A DNA stretch of 64,000 nt, from positions 84,161 to 148,160 of the forward strand of contig NYYT01000012.1 in NCBI GenBank assembly GCA_002686885.1. Reading direction: 5' to 3'. Of the stretch, positions 19,880 through 29,773 are shown piece by piece. A model generated the notes under the pieces. That model saw only the letters and a list, made by a program, of their open reading frames with translations. It was not told the origin of the DNA and made no database searches. Source of the DNA: Pedosphaera sp. GTDB taxonomy: Bacteria > Verrucomicrobiota > Verrucomicrobiia > Limisphaerales > AAA164-E04. Position 1 is the first letter of the stretch, and each line of letters starts with the position of its first letter. The translations under genes were made by a program, and so were the position numbers.

Positions 19880-20008
19880 GTGGAAAGAAGACTAGCAGAT
19901 GGTCAGAGATGATCAACCAGGGGTTCCAAGCTTTGATATCCCCGAACAAAGGTACCAAGTTCTACCTGACATCGGTTCGAGAACCTGAAATACTTTTCTG
20001 ATTCATAC

Positions 20009-20755
20009 ATGGCCAAATCAACCTCAGAAGCCCTCGAGGGAACCCTGCCCGGTGAAGGCATGCTCTTCATGGTCCCTACCCCGATTGGAAACCTGGAGGA
20101 CATCACCCTGCGTGCGCTGAACACACTCAAGACGTGTGATCTCATATTGGCGGAGGACACCCGACACTCAGGGATCTTACTCAAGCATTATGGTATCCAG
20201 AAGCCTCTGCTGAGTTATCATAAATTCAATGAATCCGCCCGCCAGGAACAAATCCTCGGCCGCCTGGCCGAGGGCCAGCAGCTTGCCCTCATTTCCGATG
20301 CGGGCACCCCTGGGATCAGTGATCCGGGCGAACGCATTGTTCGGGAGGTGATCCATCACGGCTACACTGTTCAGGCTCTTCCCGGGGCTTCGGCAGGTAT
20401 TTCGGCACTTTGTGCCAGCGGGTTGCCAACCAGTGAATTCCATTTTCTGGGCTTCCTGGATCGGAAAAGTGCCCGGCGAAGACGGAAACTGGAGGCTTGT
20501 CTGGAACTACCCGGCACTTTGGTGCTTTATGAATCGCCTCATCGCATGGAAAAGCTGCTCGAGGAACTCCATGATCTCATGCCCAAACGCGTCGTGGTCA
20601 TCGCCAGGGAGTTGACGAAAAAATTCGAACAATGGACGAGAGGACGCGCAGAAGATCTCTTCGCAAGACGCGAATCCATTCGCATCAAGGGCGAATTCGT
20701 AGTTCTGATCGGGCCTGATGGCTTTGATCCCTTTTCCGACATGCCGACTCAATGA
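20009..20755 (+). CDS. rsmI: 16S rRNA (cytidine1402-2'-O)-methyltransferase
   Basis: Tetrapyrrole-methylase-fold N-terminus (LFMVPTPIGNLEDITLRALNTLKTCDLILAEDTRHSG), typical of RsmI. Confidence 0.9.
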   Translation: MAKSTSEALEGTLPGEGMLFMVPTPIGNLEDITLRALNTLKTCDLILAEDTRHSGILLKHYGIQKPLLSYHKFNESARQEQILGRLAEGQQLALISDAGTPGISDPGERIVREVIHHGYTVQALPGASAGISALCASGLPTSEFHFLGFLDRKSARRRRKLEACLELPGTLVLYESPHRMEKLLEELHDLMPKRVVVIARELTKKFEQWTRGRAEDLFARRESIRIKGEFVVLIGPDGFDPFSDMPTQ

Positions 20756-23700
20756 GCATCAAAAAGGCTGACCGGTCCGATGGGCTCGAGTTGAGACGGG
20801 TCGAGGATCATGTGGCGTACGCGCTTTCGATTCCACGTGTAGGTGATGTGCACCCGGCCGTCTTGCGACTGAATCATGGACGGATAGGAAAACTCACCTT
20901 GATCCGCTGACTCAAGCAAGGCAACGGCTTGCCACTTCCTGCCATCGAGACTCATCGCCAAGTGGATGCGGTTGCGAAACCCCCATCCCTCATTGCGCCT
21001 GCCACCTCCCATGTGGTTGTAGACCAACAGATGTCGACCATCCTCAAGGGTCAGTGATTCAATGCCCGAATTGTTATTGGGCATGTCGGTAAGCTCCAGC
21101 GCAGTCCAGGTCCGGCCTTCATCGCTGGAAAAACTCTGCACAATCCGTTCGTGCTTGGATCGACAAAGGGCCTGAAGGGTGCCATCGGGATGCGTCAGGA
21201 AGGTGGGCTGAATGATTTGAAAGGGCTGTTCGACAGGTTCATGGCGCAGCCAAAGGTCTCCCAGTTCAGGATGGGCCAGATCCACAAGAGTTTCAAAGTG
21301 ATACCGCCAGTCATTGCCATGCTCGGTCGAGGAAGGGCAGAGCAAGTGACCTGAGGACATGAGAAGGGGCTTGCACCTCACTGGCCCATCGATGCCCTCG
21401 GGGAGGCGGCGGCGATCCCTGAAGGATCGACCGCCATCATGGCTGAAGAGCACCTCTCCCCACCATTCCTGAGGATTAGGACCTACCTTGAAGAAAAGCA
21501 TCAAGGGTTGGTTTCCCGGTGGCTGAAAAAGGACAGGATTCCAGGTGGGATACCTGAGGTCGGCGTGCTGCACGCCCGTGGCCCACTCGGTAGGCCCGGA
21601 CCACTGCTTCCCATCATGATAACTACTCCAAATACCGACATCAGGATGCTTCTCCCGCGTACCGCCAAACCATGCAGCCACAAGGCCACGAGGAGTTTCC
21701 ACAATGGTGGAAGCATGACACTGCGGAAAGGGTGCCTCCTGATAAACGAAAGAGGATGCCACCCAGCCCGGAAAGGGGGGCGCCTGCATGGCCTGTGGCC
21801 CCCTGGGTTCGAGAGCTTCGGGAGGATAGGCAATGCAGTCGTCATGAGCGATATGGTAAATGCGCCCGTTTTCTGCTCCCACCAGCAAATCAGGTTTGCC
21901 ATCGCGATTGAAATCGCAAGTTGAAGGACTGGAGGTATGTCCAGCCACATTGCGCTTTGCCAGAGGCCCGATTTTCTTGAGAACGATCTTGCCGCATCGA
22001 GTTTCACAATTCCGATACCAGGTCGCGTTCTCCGAATTCACAAGAATATCCAGCCGCCCGTCACCGTCCCAATCCACCACGTCCAACTTGACGCGCCCGC
22101 TGCGCCCTGAGGTCTGAGCATTCAGCCGAATGGGATGTTCATCTTCATCCATGAAATGTCGTGGGTCTTCCAAGGCACGGCTCTGGCAGGTCAGATACCC
22201 TTCCTGATCCAGAACGATGAGATCCATTTGATCATCTTGATCAAAGTCACAGGCAAAGGGAGTGGTGCGCCACTGAGTCTGAGTGTCCTCTGAGAGGGTT
22301 TGCCACCAGCAAAAGCGCGGGGGCAGCGAGGACTTCCAGAACGGCAAGGGCTGGGCAGTGTAACGCCCCCCCTGGTTTTCGAGCATGAGAAGTCGAGCCA
22401 GAATGGAGTTGACGATGAAGTCCTGATCTCCATCTCCATCCCAATCCGCTACGGAAAAGGTGGTGTATCCCCACTTGGCTTCTGCGGGCCCTTGAATCGA
22501 ACCGGAAACACCCGCCATCACCCGGAAAGGCTTGCCATCGACTTCCAGTTTTTCAGGCGCGCTCCACTGGATTCCGTTCCCATCCATGTTCGTAAAAACC
22601 CCAATCTCTCCTGCCGTGTTGCCGCACAAGATATCCTCATCCCCGTCTCCATCCCAATCGAAGGCAAAAGGAGTGGCCAGGGCACCAAACTTGAGCGTAT
22701 CAGCCTCTTGCTTGAAATAAACCGGTTGCCTGAATAGAGGCATTCCACCTCTCAGGGTTCCCGTGTGTTCGACCAGGGCCACGCGACCATCTTCATCCCC
22801 CACGACCAAATCCATATCTCCATCCCCGTCCCAGTCTACCGCCGTCGGAGTGATCATTTGCAGATCCATCTTCAAGGCAGCCCCATCCGGATCGTTCAAC
22901 CTTCTTCCCGAGGCAAGCACAGGAGATTGACGCTGACCGATGTTTTGAAAGTAAGTGAATCCATCGAGAAATTCTCCACAAAGGAGATCCAAATCTCCAT
23001 CGCCGTCGAAATCCGCCAGATTGGGGCTGGGCCATCCGTAAACATCTACAGGCCCTCCCCCGGCTTCCACCTGGATGGGATGCTCCACATAGACACCGTC
23101 ACGGTTTTCGATCCAGTAGACATGGCCGTGCAACGGGCCATTCTGCCAGCGCCCCTGGGCATCGTAGGCCTGATCCCAGACATAGTCCGACCAGTCTCCG
23201 ATGCCGACCAGTAAATCCTGATCCCCATCCCCTTCCCAATCGACATAGCGCCACATTCGAGCCCGCGTTTGGCCTGCATAGAAACGCGCATGGGGATAGA
23301 CGGTTTCTCGCCGAGCAAAACCATGCTGACGAAAATCCACACACTCCTTATTTTCCACAAGGACCCGCGGCTCACCTCCCACATAACTCACCTGCATGTT
23401 GTGGGATGCCTCTCCGAGACGAATGGCCTTGCGAAAAACCGGAAGCCGCTGACCTACCTTCAATCCCGGATTCTCAAAAAAGTAAACTCCATTGGAAGGC
23501 TTGTCCGGGCAGGCGACCACCAAATCAAGGTCGCCATCGCGATCGTAGTCCATGGGCATGGGCCAGGCCCACAAACCGACGCCCAGATCGACCTCGAGAC
23601 CCTCCTGATGATACTTGAGCTCCTGTAATTTCCACTCCTGGGCCTGAGCCAGGCACCCGATACATCCAAGAAGAAAAACCGTCGTGATGTGGGAACGCAT
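20749..23700 (-). CDS. secreted FG-GAP/VCBS repeat propeller fused to a BNR (sialidase-like) propeller
   Basis: Nine DxDGDGDxD-type Ca-binding repeats in the N-terminal ~650 aa. The C-terminal ~330 aa has Asp-box motifs (SHDGGRSF, SSDEGRTW, SLDGRKW). Start placed at MRSHITTVFLLGCIGCLAQA (23700, signal peptide). The ORF-track start at 23886 would overlap the upstream gene. Confidence 0.7.
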   Translation of the reverse strand: MRSHITTVFLLGCIGCLAQAQEWKLQELKYHQEGLEVDLGVGLWAWPMPMDYDRDGDLDLVVACPDKPSNGVYFFENPGLKVGQRLPVFRKAIRLGEASHNMQVSYVGGEPRVLVENKECVDFRQHGFARRETVYPHARFYAGQTRARMWRYVDWEGDGDQDLLVGIGDWSDYVWDQAYDAQGRWQNGPLHGHVYWIENRDGVYVEHPIQVEAGGGPVDVYGWPSPNLADFDGDGDLDLLCGEFLDGFTYFQNIGQRQSPVLASGRRLNDPDGAALKMDLQMITPTAVDWDGDGDMDLVVGDEDGRVALVEHTGTLRGGMPLFRQPVYFKQEADTLKFGALATPFAFDWDGDGDEDILCGNTAGEIGVFTNMDGNGIQWSAPEKLEVDGKPFRVMAGVSGSIQGPAEAKWGYTTFSVADWDGDGDQDFIVNSILARLLMLENQGGRYTAQPLPFWKSSLPPRFCWWQTLSEDTQTQWRTTPFACDFDQDDQMDLIVLDQEGYLTCQSRALEDPRHFMDEDEHPIRLNAQTSGRSGRVKLDVVDWDGDGRLDILVNSENATWYRNCETRCGKIVLKKIGPLAKRNVAGHTSSPSTCDFNRDGKPDLLVGAENGRIYHIAHDDCIAYPPEALEPRGPQAMQAPPFPGWVASSFVYQEAPFPQCHASTIVETPRGLVAAWFGGTREKHPDVGIWSSYHDGKQWSGPTEWATGVQHADLRYPTWNPVLFQPPGNQPLMLFFKVGPNPQEWWGEVLFSHDGGRSFRDRRRLPEGIDGPVRCKPLLMSSGHLLCPSSTEHGNDWRYHFETLVDLAHPELGDLWLRHEPVEQPFQIIQPTFLTHPDGTLQALCRSKHERIVQSFSSDEGRTWTALELTDMPNNNSGIESLTLEDGRHLLVYNHMGGGRRNEGWGFRNRIHLAMSLDGRKWQAVALLESADQGEFSYPSMIQSQDGRVHITYTWNRKRVRHMILDPSQLEPIGPVSLFDAH

Positions 23701-23798
23701 GGGCAGATAATTGCCCAAACCAAGTGACCGGTCACGCCTTAAAAGTCGCGGTGCATGCGGAGAGCTTGCTGATACAGAGTAGGACCCTATTCCAAAAG

Positions 23799-25148
23799 CT
23801 AGACACCTTTTAATCGAATATCTGAATCGCCAAAAGTTTCCAGAGAAACGCCCATGCGGTCCATGATGGAAAGATAGAAACTGCAAAGTTTGCGCTCTTC
23901 GTCCGATCGATTCAGATAATCAAGCACCCGCCCAGTCTCCAGCGATCCATCGAGTCCGCCAAGGGTGATCAAGGGCACCTTGGTGGAATCGTGTTTGCTT
24001 CCAGACCACATGTTGGAGATCCAGATCAAACACGAGTGATCCAACACGGTTCCATCGCCCTCGGGCATGGCATCCAATCGCTTGGCCAGGTGTGCCATCT
24101 GCCCGATATAATAACGCGTAATTCGTTCAAATTCATCTGACTCATCGTGATGCGATGCACTGTGGTGAGCGTTGCGGGCATCCAAAAAGGGGTAGAAAAG
24201 CCCTGAAATGTCCCGACAAAGAAGCAGGGTCGCCACACGTGTCTTATCCGTTTGAAAAGCCAAGGCAAGGATATCACACATCAACCGCATGTGTTCGCGG
24301 ATATCTTCAGGAAGGCCGTTTTCCGGGCGCTCCATGGTAAAGAGAGCTTCAGGACGTTTTTGCAAGGTGAAGTTCGCTTTGTCCTTGATATCCCGCAGCG
24401 ACTCAATGCGCTTTTCCACCTCCCTGACACTGGTCAGGTATTCATCCAACTTGGCCTTGTCTGCGCCACTGATCTGCCGTGTCAAATCATGAGCTTGTTC
24501 CTTGATACGATCGAGAATACTCAAGTGACGCATGTTTCCCTTGTTCTCGAACAAACTATCGAAAGCCAGGGACGGATACACCTCCATGGGAACAGGTGAG
24601 GATTCGTTTTGCCACGAAATGTGCGACCCGTAAGCCATGGAAAAGTTGGTCTCATGATACCCCGTGACAGGCTGTTCACAGCCCAGCACCAGACTGGGCT
24701 GCATCGTTTGTTTACCCAAATGGTTGGCAAGCACCTGATCCATGCTGATCCCACCCTTGAGCGTCGCCCCTTTCTGCAACGCAGCACCGGAGAGTAGGTT
24801 TCCGGTCTGCCCGGGATGAATGCCCACCCCCGTGGCGTTCTTGTTGAAAAGGCCCGAGATGACATTCATCTTTCGCCTGTATGGAGCAAGAGGTTCGAGA
24901 CTTTTTCCCAAGATCATTCCCTCCTCGCTTTGCTTGGCCCAGAAGTGGTGCTTGTTCACACCATTGGCCATGAACAAGGCCGCAAACCGTTTGGGGTAGG
25001 AGGATCCTTCCTCAGTCGGCAGGTTGGATTCCTGACCAAAGACGGGAATCGATTCCATCCAGGGAAGTGACAGGACCACACCTGTTCCACTTAGGAATCG
25101 GCGACGAGAGAGCGGGGTCCGCAGACCTCTTGGATAGGATGATTTCAT
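23799..25148 (-). CDS. DUF1552 (HXXSHH-motif) family protein with twin-arginine signal
   Basis: SRRRFLSGTGVVL Tat-like signal. HHSASHH matches the HXXSHH family motif. Start ATG at 25148 forms an ATGA overlap with the stop of the upstream DUF1592-family gene. Confidence 0.8.
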   Translation of the reverse strand: MKSSYPRGLRTPLSRRRFLSGTGVVLSLPWMESIPVFGQESNLPTEEGSSYPKRFAALFMANGVNKHHFWAKQSEEGMILGKSLEPLAPYRRKMNVISGLFNKNATGVGIHPGQTGNLLSGAALQKGATLKGGISMDQVLANHLGKQTMQPSLVLGCEQPVTGYHETNFSMAYGSHISWQNESSPVPMEVYPSLAFDSLFENKGNMRHLSILDRIKEQAHDLTRQISGADKAKLDEYLTSVREVEKRIESLRDIKDKANFTLQKRPEALFTMERPENGLPEDIREHMRLMCDILALAFQTDKTRVATLLLCRDISGLFYPFLDARNAHHSASHHDESDEFERITRYYIGQMAHLAKRLDAMPEGDGTVLDHSCLIWISNMWSGSKHDSTKVPLITLGGLDGSLETGRVLDYLNRSDEERKLCSFYLSIMDRMGVSLETFGDSDIRLKGV

Positions 25149-28111
25149 GGTAGATTGGAGCTGATGGTTTGGCGTGGTCCACGGCGATTGAGAAAATGTG
25201 GGCTGAGAACGATTTGTTCCATCAACCATTGCAGACGATAGTTTTCCTCTTCCCATTCGGGCATCAGCGCTTCGAAAAACAACTCATCGGATGGAATGAA
25301 TGCTCGACCCATGGCGTAAGTGAAAAGTTTTTGTGCCAATTGTTCGAGGAAATCCCTCTGACGATCCGCCTTGATATAGGCCAGGAGCCCCTTCAGCCCG
25401 GCACCTTCACTCCCATCAGGAAACGTTGCCAGGTCGGCGATCGGCCGATCAGCCAGATCAAGGGTTCGCAGCTCTCCAACGGGTCCAAAGCCTTCGAAAC
25501 TCAAGCCAATCGAGTCGAATTTTTCGTGACATTGGGCGCATTCTCTGACTTCGCGGTGCCTTGCCAGCATCTCAGGCAAAGACGCCTCCATGAGCCGTTC
25601 ATCTGAGGGCAAGTCAGGGACATTGGGGGGTGGAGGTGCAATGTGCTCACCCAGCAGTTGACGCACGACCCAATACCCTCTCTTCACGGGACTGGTGCGA
25701 AGCCCTGGAGCATTCATGGTCAGAAAAACCCCCATGGGCAAAAGCCCCCCCCTGCCGGAATCTCCAACAGAAAGGCGGGCCCATCCTTGACTTGCGACCT
25801 GAGGTGGCATTTCCAAACCATAATGGTCCGCCAGCAAAGCGTTGACCATGGTATGATCCGCGAAGAGGCATTCCAATGCAGAGCCTTGATTCAGGACCAA
25901 GTCGCAGAAAAACCGGATGGGCTCCTGAAACATGGCCTCACGCAAAGCCGGGGTAAAAGCGGGGAATCGCTCACGATCCACGCTGTTGTGTTCTTCAAAT
26001 CGTCGAAAGCCAAGCCAGTTTCCGAGGAATTCGATGGCGAAACGCTCCATGCGCGGATCGCGGATCATACGGCGAAAATGGTGCATCAGCACCTCGGATT
26101 CAAGAAGCTTCTCTGAGTTGGCATCGGCCATCAGCGCCTCATCCGGCATGCTTGACCAAAGAAAAAAACTCAACCGATTGGCCAAGGCAAGGGATGGAAG
26201 CGGATGCACCTCTGGGAGACCGGCCGGCATGTCCATACGAAACCAAAAATGGGGAGACACCAGAACGCTGACCAATGTATCGCGCACGGCTTGTTCATGA
26301 CTCAAGCCATCCTCAACGATCAGGCGACGATAAAAGGCGCGTAGACTCTCAGCCTCTTCGCCTTCAAGGGGTCTCCGGTAGGCTTTTTCTGCCAGACGCT
26401 CCAAGTCTCTGAGATGATGATAGCGAGCCTCTTGTTCCCAGGATTCAACCTGGCGAATACTGCGGTTGATGTGGTCAAAGTGTTCCTGAATGGCCTCGAC
26501 CGCCAGCGCATCAGCCCCAAGTGAAAGGGCTTTTTCAAGATACACATCGGCAAGACGACGTATTTTCGGCTCCGAGGTAACATCCTTATCTTCAGCTCTG
26601 GCAAAATCAAAGGCTTCATCGCGCATGAATTTTGAGTCGGTTCGTTCAAACCACACCAAACCCTGATGTTGACGCATGGGAGCGCGGGTCATGAAGTCCA
26701 GCTCATCCCACAGACGATCCAGAGTGGCGTTTTCCTCCTGCTCCAACATGAGGGCGCAGAGCGGCTGATCATCCCTGAAATATCCCATCATGCTGTGAAA
26801 TCCAGCACTGAGCAAACGGCCTCTTTCTGCTTTTTCACGATTGGCATCCGGATCAAGGAATTCACGACCCCGTTCGGCGACGTAGAAACGATCCGGAAAA
26901 AGACGTCCAAAGAAGATCACGGATTCTTTTTCATCCTCACTGAGTAGGGTTGAGGCAGGGGCCTGCGCAGATGACAAACCAAGCCATTGCCGATCATCAG
27001 CGGAAAGCGCCGCCAATCGATCGAGATCGACTTTCATGCGATGAGCGGCTTTTTGGCGGTTTCTCCACATCACAAAGGCCTGAGCCCCGTTGTGAATTCC
27101 CTTGGATCTTACGTGTGGAATGTCGAATTGGATTATTTGCCGAGCTACGCTGACGTAATCTACGAGCGGCACCAAGGCCTCGATGCTGGGCTTTGTGCCT
27201 CCATCGGCCATGGGTTCCGGCAAAGCTTGCCACAGGGCTCGAAGCTTCTGGATCGGTCCATGGCCATGCAAGGTCCCTTCCAGGCACTCCCAGAGGGATT
27301 GAAGATACCTTCGACTCAACCCCTTTTCCGCAGCCAGGTCCTCCAACATCTGGCCCCCAAGCTCGAACCTGTCGCGATACTTCCATTGCCAGGCAGCATG
27401 GAAATAGTCTTTCAAATCGGTATTCTGTTGCCGATAGAATGCCACAATTCGTTGCACTCCATATTGATCCCTGTCGGTCTCTGTGGATACCGGCTGGGGA
27501 GCAAAGTGCAACCCACTGGGCGTCATCACCAGATGATCCACCACCTCTCGAGCAGCCTCCAGATACTTTTTGATTAACGCTGGGGAAACACTGAGCGACT
27601 CGCCCGTATTGTCAAAACCTTGCTCGTTGGCAGGATCCACGGGCAAGGGATAGGAAGGGGTCGAGGGGAGTCCTGTCAGATCCTGCAACACGTAGGCAAA
27701 TTCGGAGTGGCTGAGTCTCCGTGCGACCACCCAACCAGGATCGTCCGCGTTTTTCTCGGCTTCCGCTCGTTTGACACGCCTCATCCACTGGATCATTCGC
27801 AACCTCTCCTGATCGGTAGGCATGGCTTGTGCATCTTCAGGGGGCATGTCTCCCAGCTCAAGGCGCTCGAGCATCAAATCCATATGGCCGAAATCAGCCA
27901 CCAAGTCTTGTAATTCACGGTAGGGAGAGATATCGAATTTTGCCTTGGGTCGTTCCCCCTCATGACAAGTCGCACAGTAACGATCCATGAAGGGCCGAAC
28001 ATGCACCTGAAAGGCATCTTCCTGATCAACCGTGGTATCGCAAGAACCGGAAGAGGAAAGAAAGCACCACAGGAACCAGCATGGGAGGGTTTTGGAAATG
28101 GATCGGGTCAT
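25145..28111 (-). CDS. planctomycete-type multidomain protein (DUF1587/DUF1592/DUF1595/DUF1588/DUF1585 architecture) with CxxCH motifs
   Basis: Signal peptide from the ATG at 28111. CATCHEGERPKAKFD near the N-terminus and CAQCHEKFDSIG near the C-terminus. Size and partnership with DUF1552 are typical of this PVC paralogue family. Confidence 0.78.
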   Translation of the reverse strand: MTRSISKTLPCWFLWCFLSSSGSCDTTVDQEDAFQVHVRPFMDRYCATCHEGERPKAKFDISPYRELQDLVADFGHMDLMLERLELGDMPPEDAQAMPTDQERLRMIQWMRRVKRAEAEKNADDPGWVVARRLSHSEFAYVLQDLTGLPSTPSYPLPVDPANEQGFDNTGESLSVSPALIKKYLEAAREVVDHLVMTPSGLHFAPQPVSTETDRDQYGVQRIVAFYRQQNTDLKDYFHAAWQWKYRDRFELGGQMLEDLAAEKGLSRRYLQSLWECLEGTLHGHGPIQKLRALWQALPEPMADGGTKPSIEALVPLVDYVSVARQIIQFDIPHVRSKGIHNGAQAFVMWRNRQKAAHRMKVDLDRLAALSADDRQWLGLSSAQAPASTLLSEDEKESVIFFGRLFPDRFYVAERGREFLDPDANREKAERGRLLSAGFHSMMGYFRDDQPLCALMLEQEENATLDRLWDELDFMTRAPMRQHQGLVWFERTDSKFMRDEAFDFARAEDKDVTSEPKIRRLADVYLEKALSLGADALAVEAIQEHFDHINRSIRQVESWEQEARYHHLRDLERLAEKAYRRPLEGEEAESLRAFYRRLIVEDGLSHEQAVRDTLVSVLVSPHFWFRMDMPAGLPEVHPLPSLALANRLSFFLWSSMPDEALMADANSEKLLESEVLMHHFRRMIRDPRMERFAIEFLGNWLGFRRFEEHNSVDRERFPAFTPALREAMFQEPIRFFCDLVLNQGSALECLFADHTMVNALLADHYGLEMPPQVASQGWARLSVGDSGRGGLLPMGVFLTMNAPGLRTSPVKRGYWVVRQLLGEHIAPPPPNVPDLPSDERLMEASLPEMLARHREVRECAQCHEKFDSIGLSFEGFGPVGELRTLDLADRPIADLATFPDGSEGAGLKGLLAYIKADRQRDFLEQLAQKLFTYAMGRAFIPSDELFFEALMPEWEEENYRLQWLMEQIVLSPHFLNRRGPRQTISSNLP

Positions 28112-28298
28112 GCGGACTGGACTTATAAGAATACGGCTAAACCTTAAGCCGATCGCCAAGGACTGGCAACGGGATACTTCCAAGCATTGTCGAAAGCCAT
28201 CGAGACCCTTGTCATCAAAGGCACCCGCGGCAAAGCCAACTTACAGCAGGAAATTGAACTCGCATCGCATCTGTTCCAATCCTAGCCTCGATTCGGAA

Positions 28299-29342
28299 AT
28301 GTCAGACAAACCCATCATTGCCATCACCATGGGCGACCCGGCAGGCATCGGACCCGAAATCTGTCTCCGGGCTCTGCTTGCTGCGGAAGTCGATCAAACC
28401 TGTGTTCCCATTGTCTTTGGTGATGTTGATGTTCTGAGGAAATGTTCCAACCTCCTGGGGATACCGTTCAAGGCGGCAGTGGCACCTATGACACCAGATA
28501 CTCCCGAGCATGCCCTGAACCTCATCAAGAACAGGCCCAACAATCCTCTGGTCCTGAATATCAAGACCGAAATGGGCGCTGACTGGACTCCCGGAGGCGT
28601 GAATGCTGAAACAGGTAGAGCCAGCTACACCTACATTCAACGTGCCATCGATGCCGCATTGGAGGGGCATGTCGACGCGGTCACCACAGCCCCCATCCAC
28701 AAGGAAGCCCTCTCGATGGCCGGCATCCCCTACCCCGGGCACACCGAAATGTTCGCTGCGCGCTCCCACTCCGAGCGCTGGTGCATGATGCAATATTCCG
28801 AGATTCTCACCTGCACCTTCGTGACCGTCCATGTGGGGTACGCTGAAGTAGTTTCGCACTTGACCACCGAGCGTATTCTGGAGGTCATCGAACTCTCCGC
28901 AGAGGGCCTGGAACGTATTCGGGGGCAGCGACCTCGTATCGCTGTCTGCGGTCTCAACCCTCATGCTGGCGAACATGGCCTGTTTGGCAACAGGGAGGAA
29001 GAAGAGATCATTCTACCCGCCATTCAGAAAGCTCAGGAAAAAGGTATCGAGGTGGAAGGACCCTTGCCTCCTGACACGGCCTTTTTGCCCGGAAAAAGAA
29101 AAACATGTGATGTGATTGTCTGCATGTATCACGATCAAGGGCACATCCCTGTCAAAGCACTTGCTTTTGATAGCGCCGTTAATACGACGCTCGGTCTACC
29201 CATCATTCGCACCAGCGTCGATCACGGGACCGCGTTGGATATCGCGTGGAAGGGGGTGGCAAATGAGTCGAGTCTGATCAGCGCCATTGAACTGGCCACT
29301 CGGCTGGCTGGCAGTGGCAGTACAAAACCAAAGCATTATTGA
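28299..29342 (+). CDS. pdxA: 4-hydroxythreonine-4-phosphate dehydrogenase
   Basis: Start at MSDKPIIAITMGDPAGIGPEI (28299), the canonical PdxA N-terminus. The HTEMF and HDQGHIP metal-site motifs are present. The ORF-track start at 28032 is an upstream in-frame extension. Confidence 0.9.
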   Translation: MSDKPIIAITMGDPAGIGPEICLRALLAAEVDQTCVPIVFGDVDVLRKCSNLLGIPFKAAVAPMTPDTPEHALNLIKNRPNNPLVLNIKTEMGADWTPGGVNAETGRASYTYIQRAIDAALEGHVDAVTTAPIHKEALSMAGIPYPGHTEMFAARSHSERWCMMQYSEILTCTFVTVHVGYAEVVSHLTTERILEVIELSAEGLERIRGQRPRIAVCGLNPHAGEHGLFGNREEEEIILPAIQKAQEKGIEVEGPLPPDTAFLPGKRKTCDVIVCMYHDQGHIPVKALAFDSAVNTTLGLPIIRTSVDHGTALDIAWKGVANESSLISAIELATRLAGSGSTKPKHY

Positions 29343-29773
29343 CCGCCTCGCCCCACCCGAATGCTCTGTGGCTGACAGCTGCGAAAAGCGAAATCATCCG
29401 GAACTTCCACCTCAAGGGCGACGGCAAAGGCCTCCTCACCTGCTTGCTGCGTCAGGTCGGCAACCACGCGAATACGGGTGGCATCCAGGGTCTCCAGAAG
29501 CACGGACTGGCCCTCGACACTCACTGCGACCACTTGCGGTTCGATCACATAACGGTTGGTATCGGTGGAGGAAGTCTGGATAATGATAGGAACATTCTGG
29601 ATCTGACGAATGGCCATCGGACCTCGATTAATCTGACTGGCCTCATATTCTTCAACCACGGCAATCCGAATAACGATCCAGAGGCCGATGGAAAGCAGCA
29701 GAGAAACGATTTTCCAGCCCAAATTGTCGACCAACCTGGCCAGAAGGCTTCGAAACTGGGAACGGGTGATCAT
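29336..29773 (-). CDS. YbbR-domain protein (CdaR-like partner of diadenylate cyclase)
   Basis: N-terminal TM helix plus one YbbR-like beta domain. ATGA start/stop overlap with cdaA. Confidence 0.55.
   Translation of the reverse strand: MITRSQFRSLLARLVDNLGWKIVSLLLSIGLWIVIRIAVVEEYEASQINRGPMAIRQIQNVPIIIQTSSTDTNRYVIEPQVVAVSVEGQSVLLETLDATRIRVVADLTQQAGEEAFAVALEVEVPDDFAFRSCQPQSIRVGRGGQ

Noticed and set aside
23701-23886. N-terminal extensions given by the ORF track for several genes: 23701-23886, 25149-25256, 28032-28298, 28112-28183, 14349-14456, 13007-13084, 36310-36432, 37325-37456, 38619-38681, 46147-46251, 53588-53626 and 56913-57002.
   Set aside because: In each case an internal ATG or GTG gives a canonical family N-terminus or a clean signal peptide. 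It also removes an overlap with the neighbouring gene, often creating an ATGA junction. The extensions are treated as non-coding.
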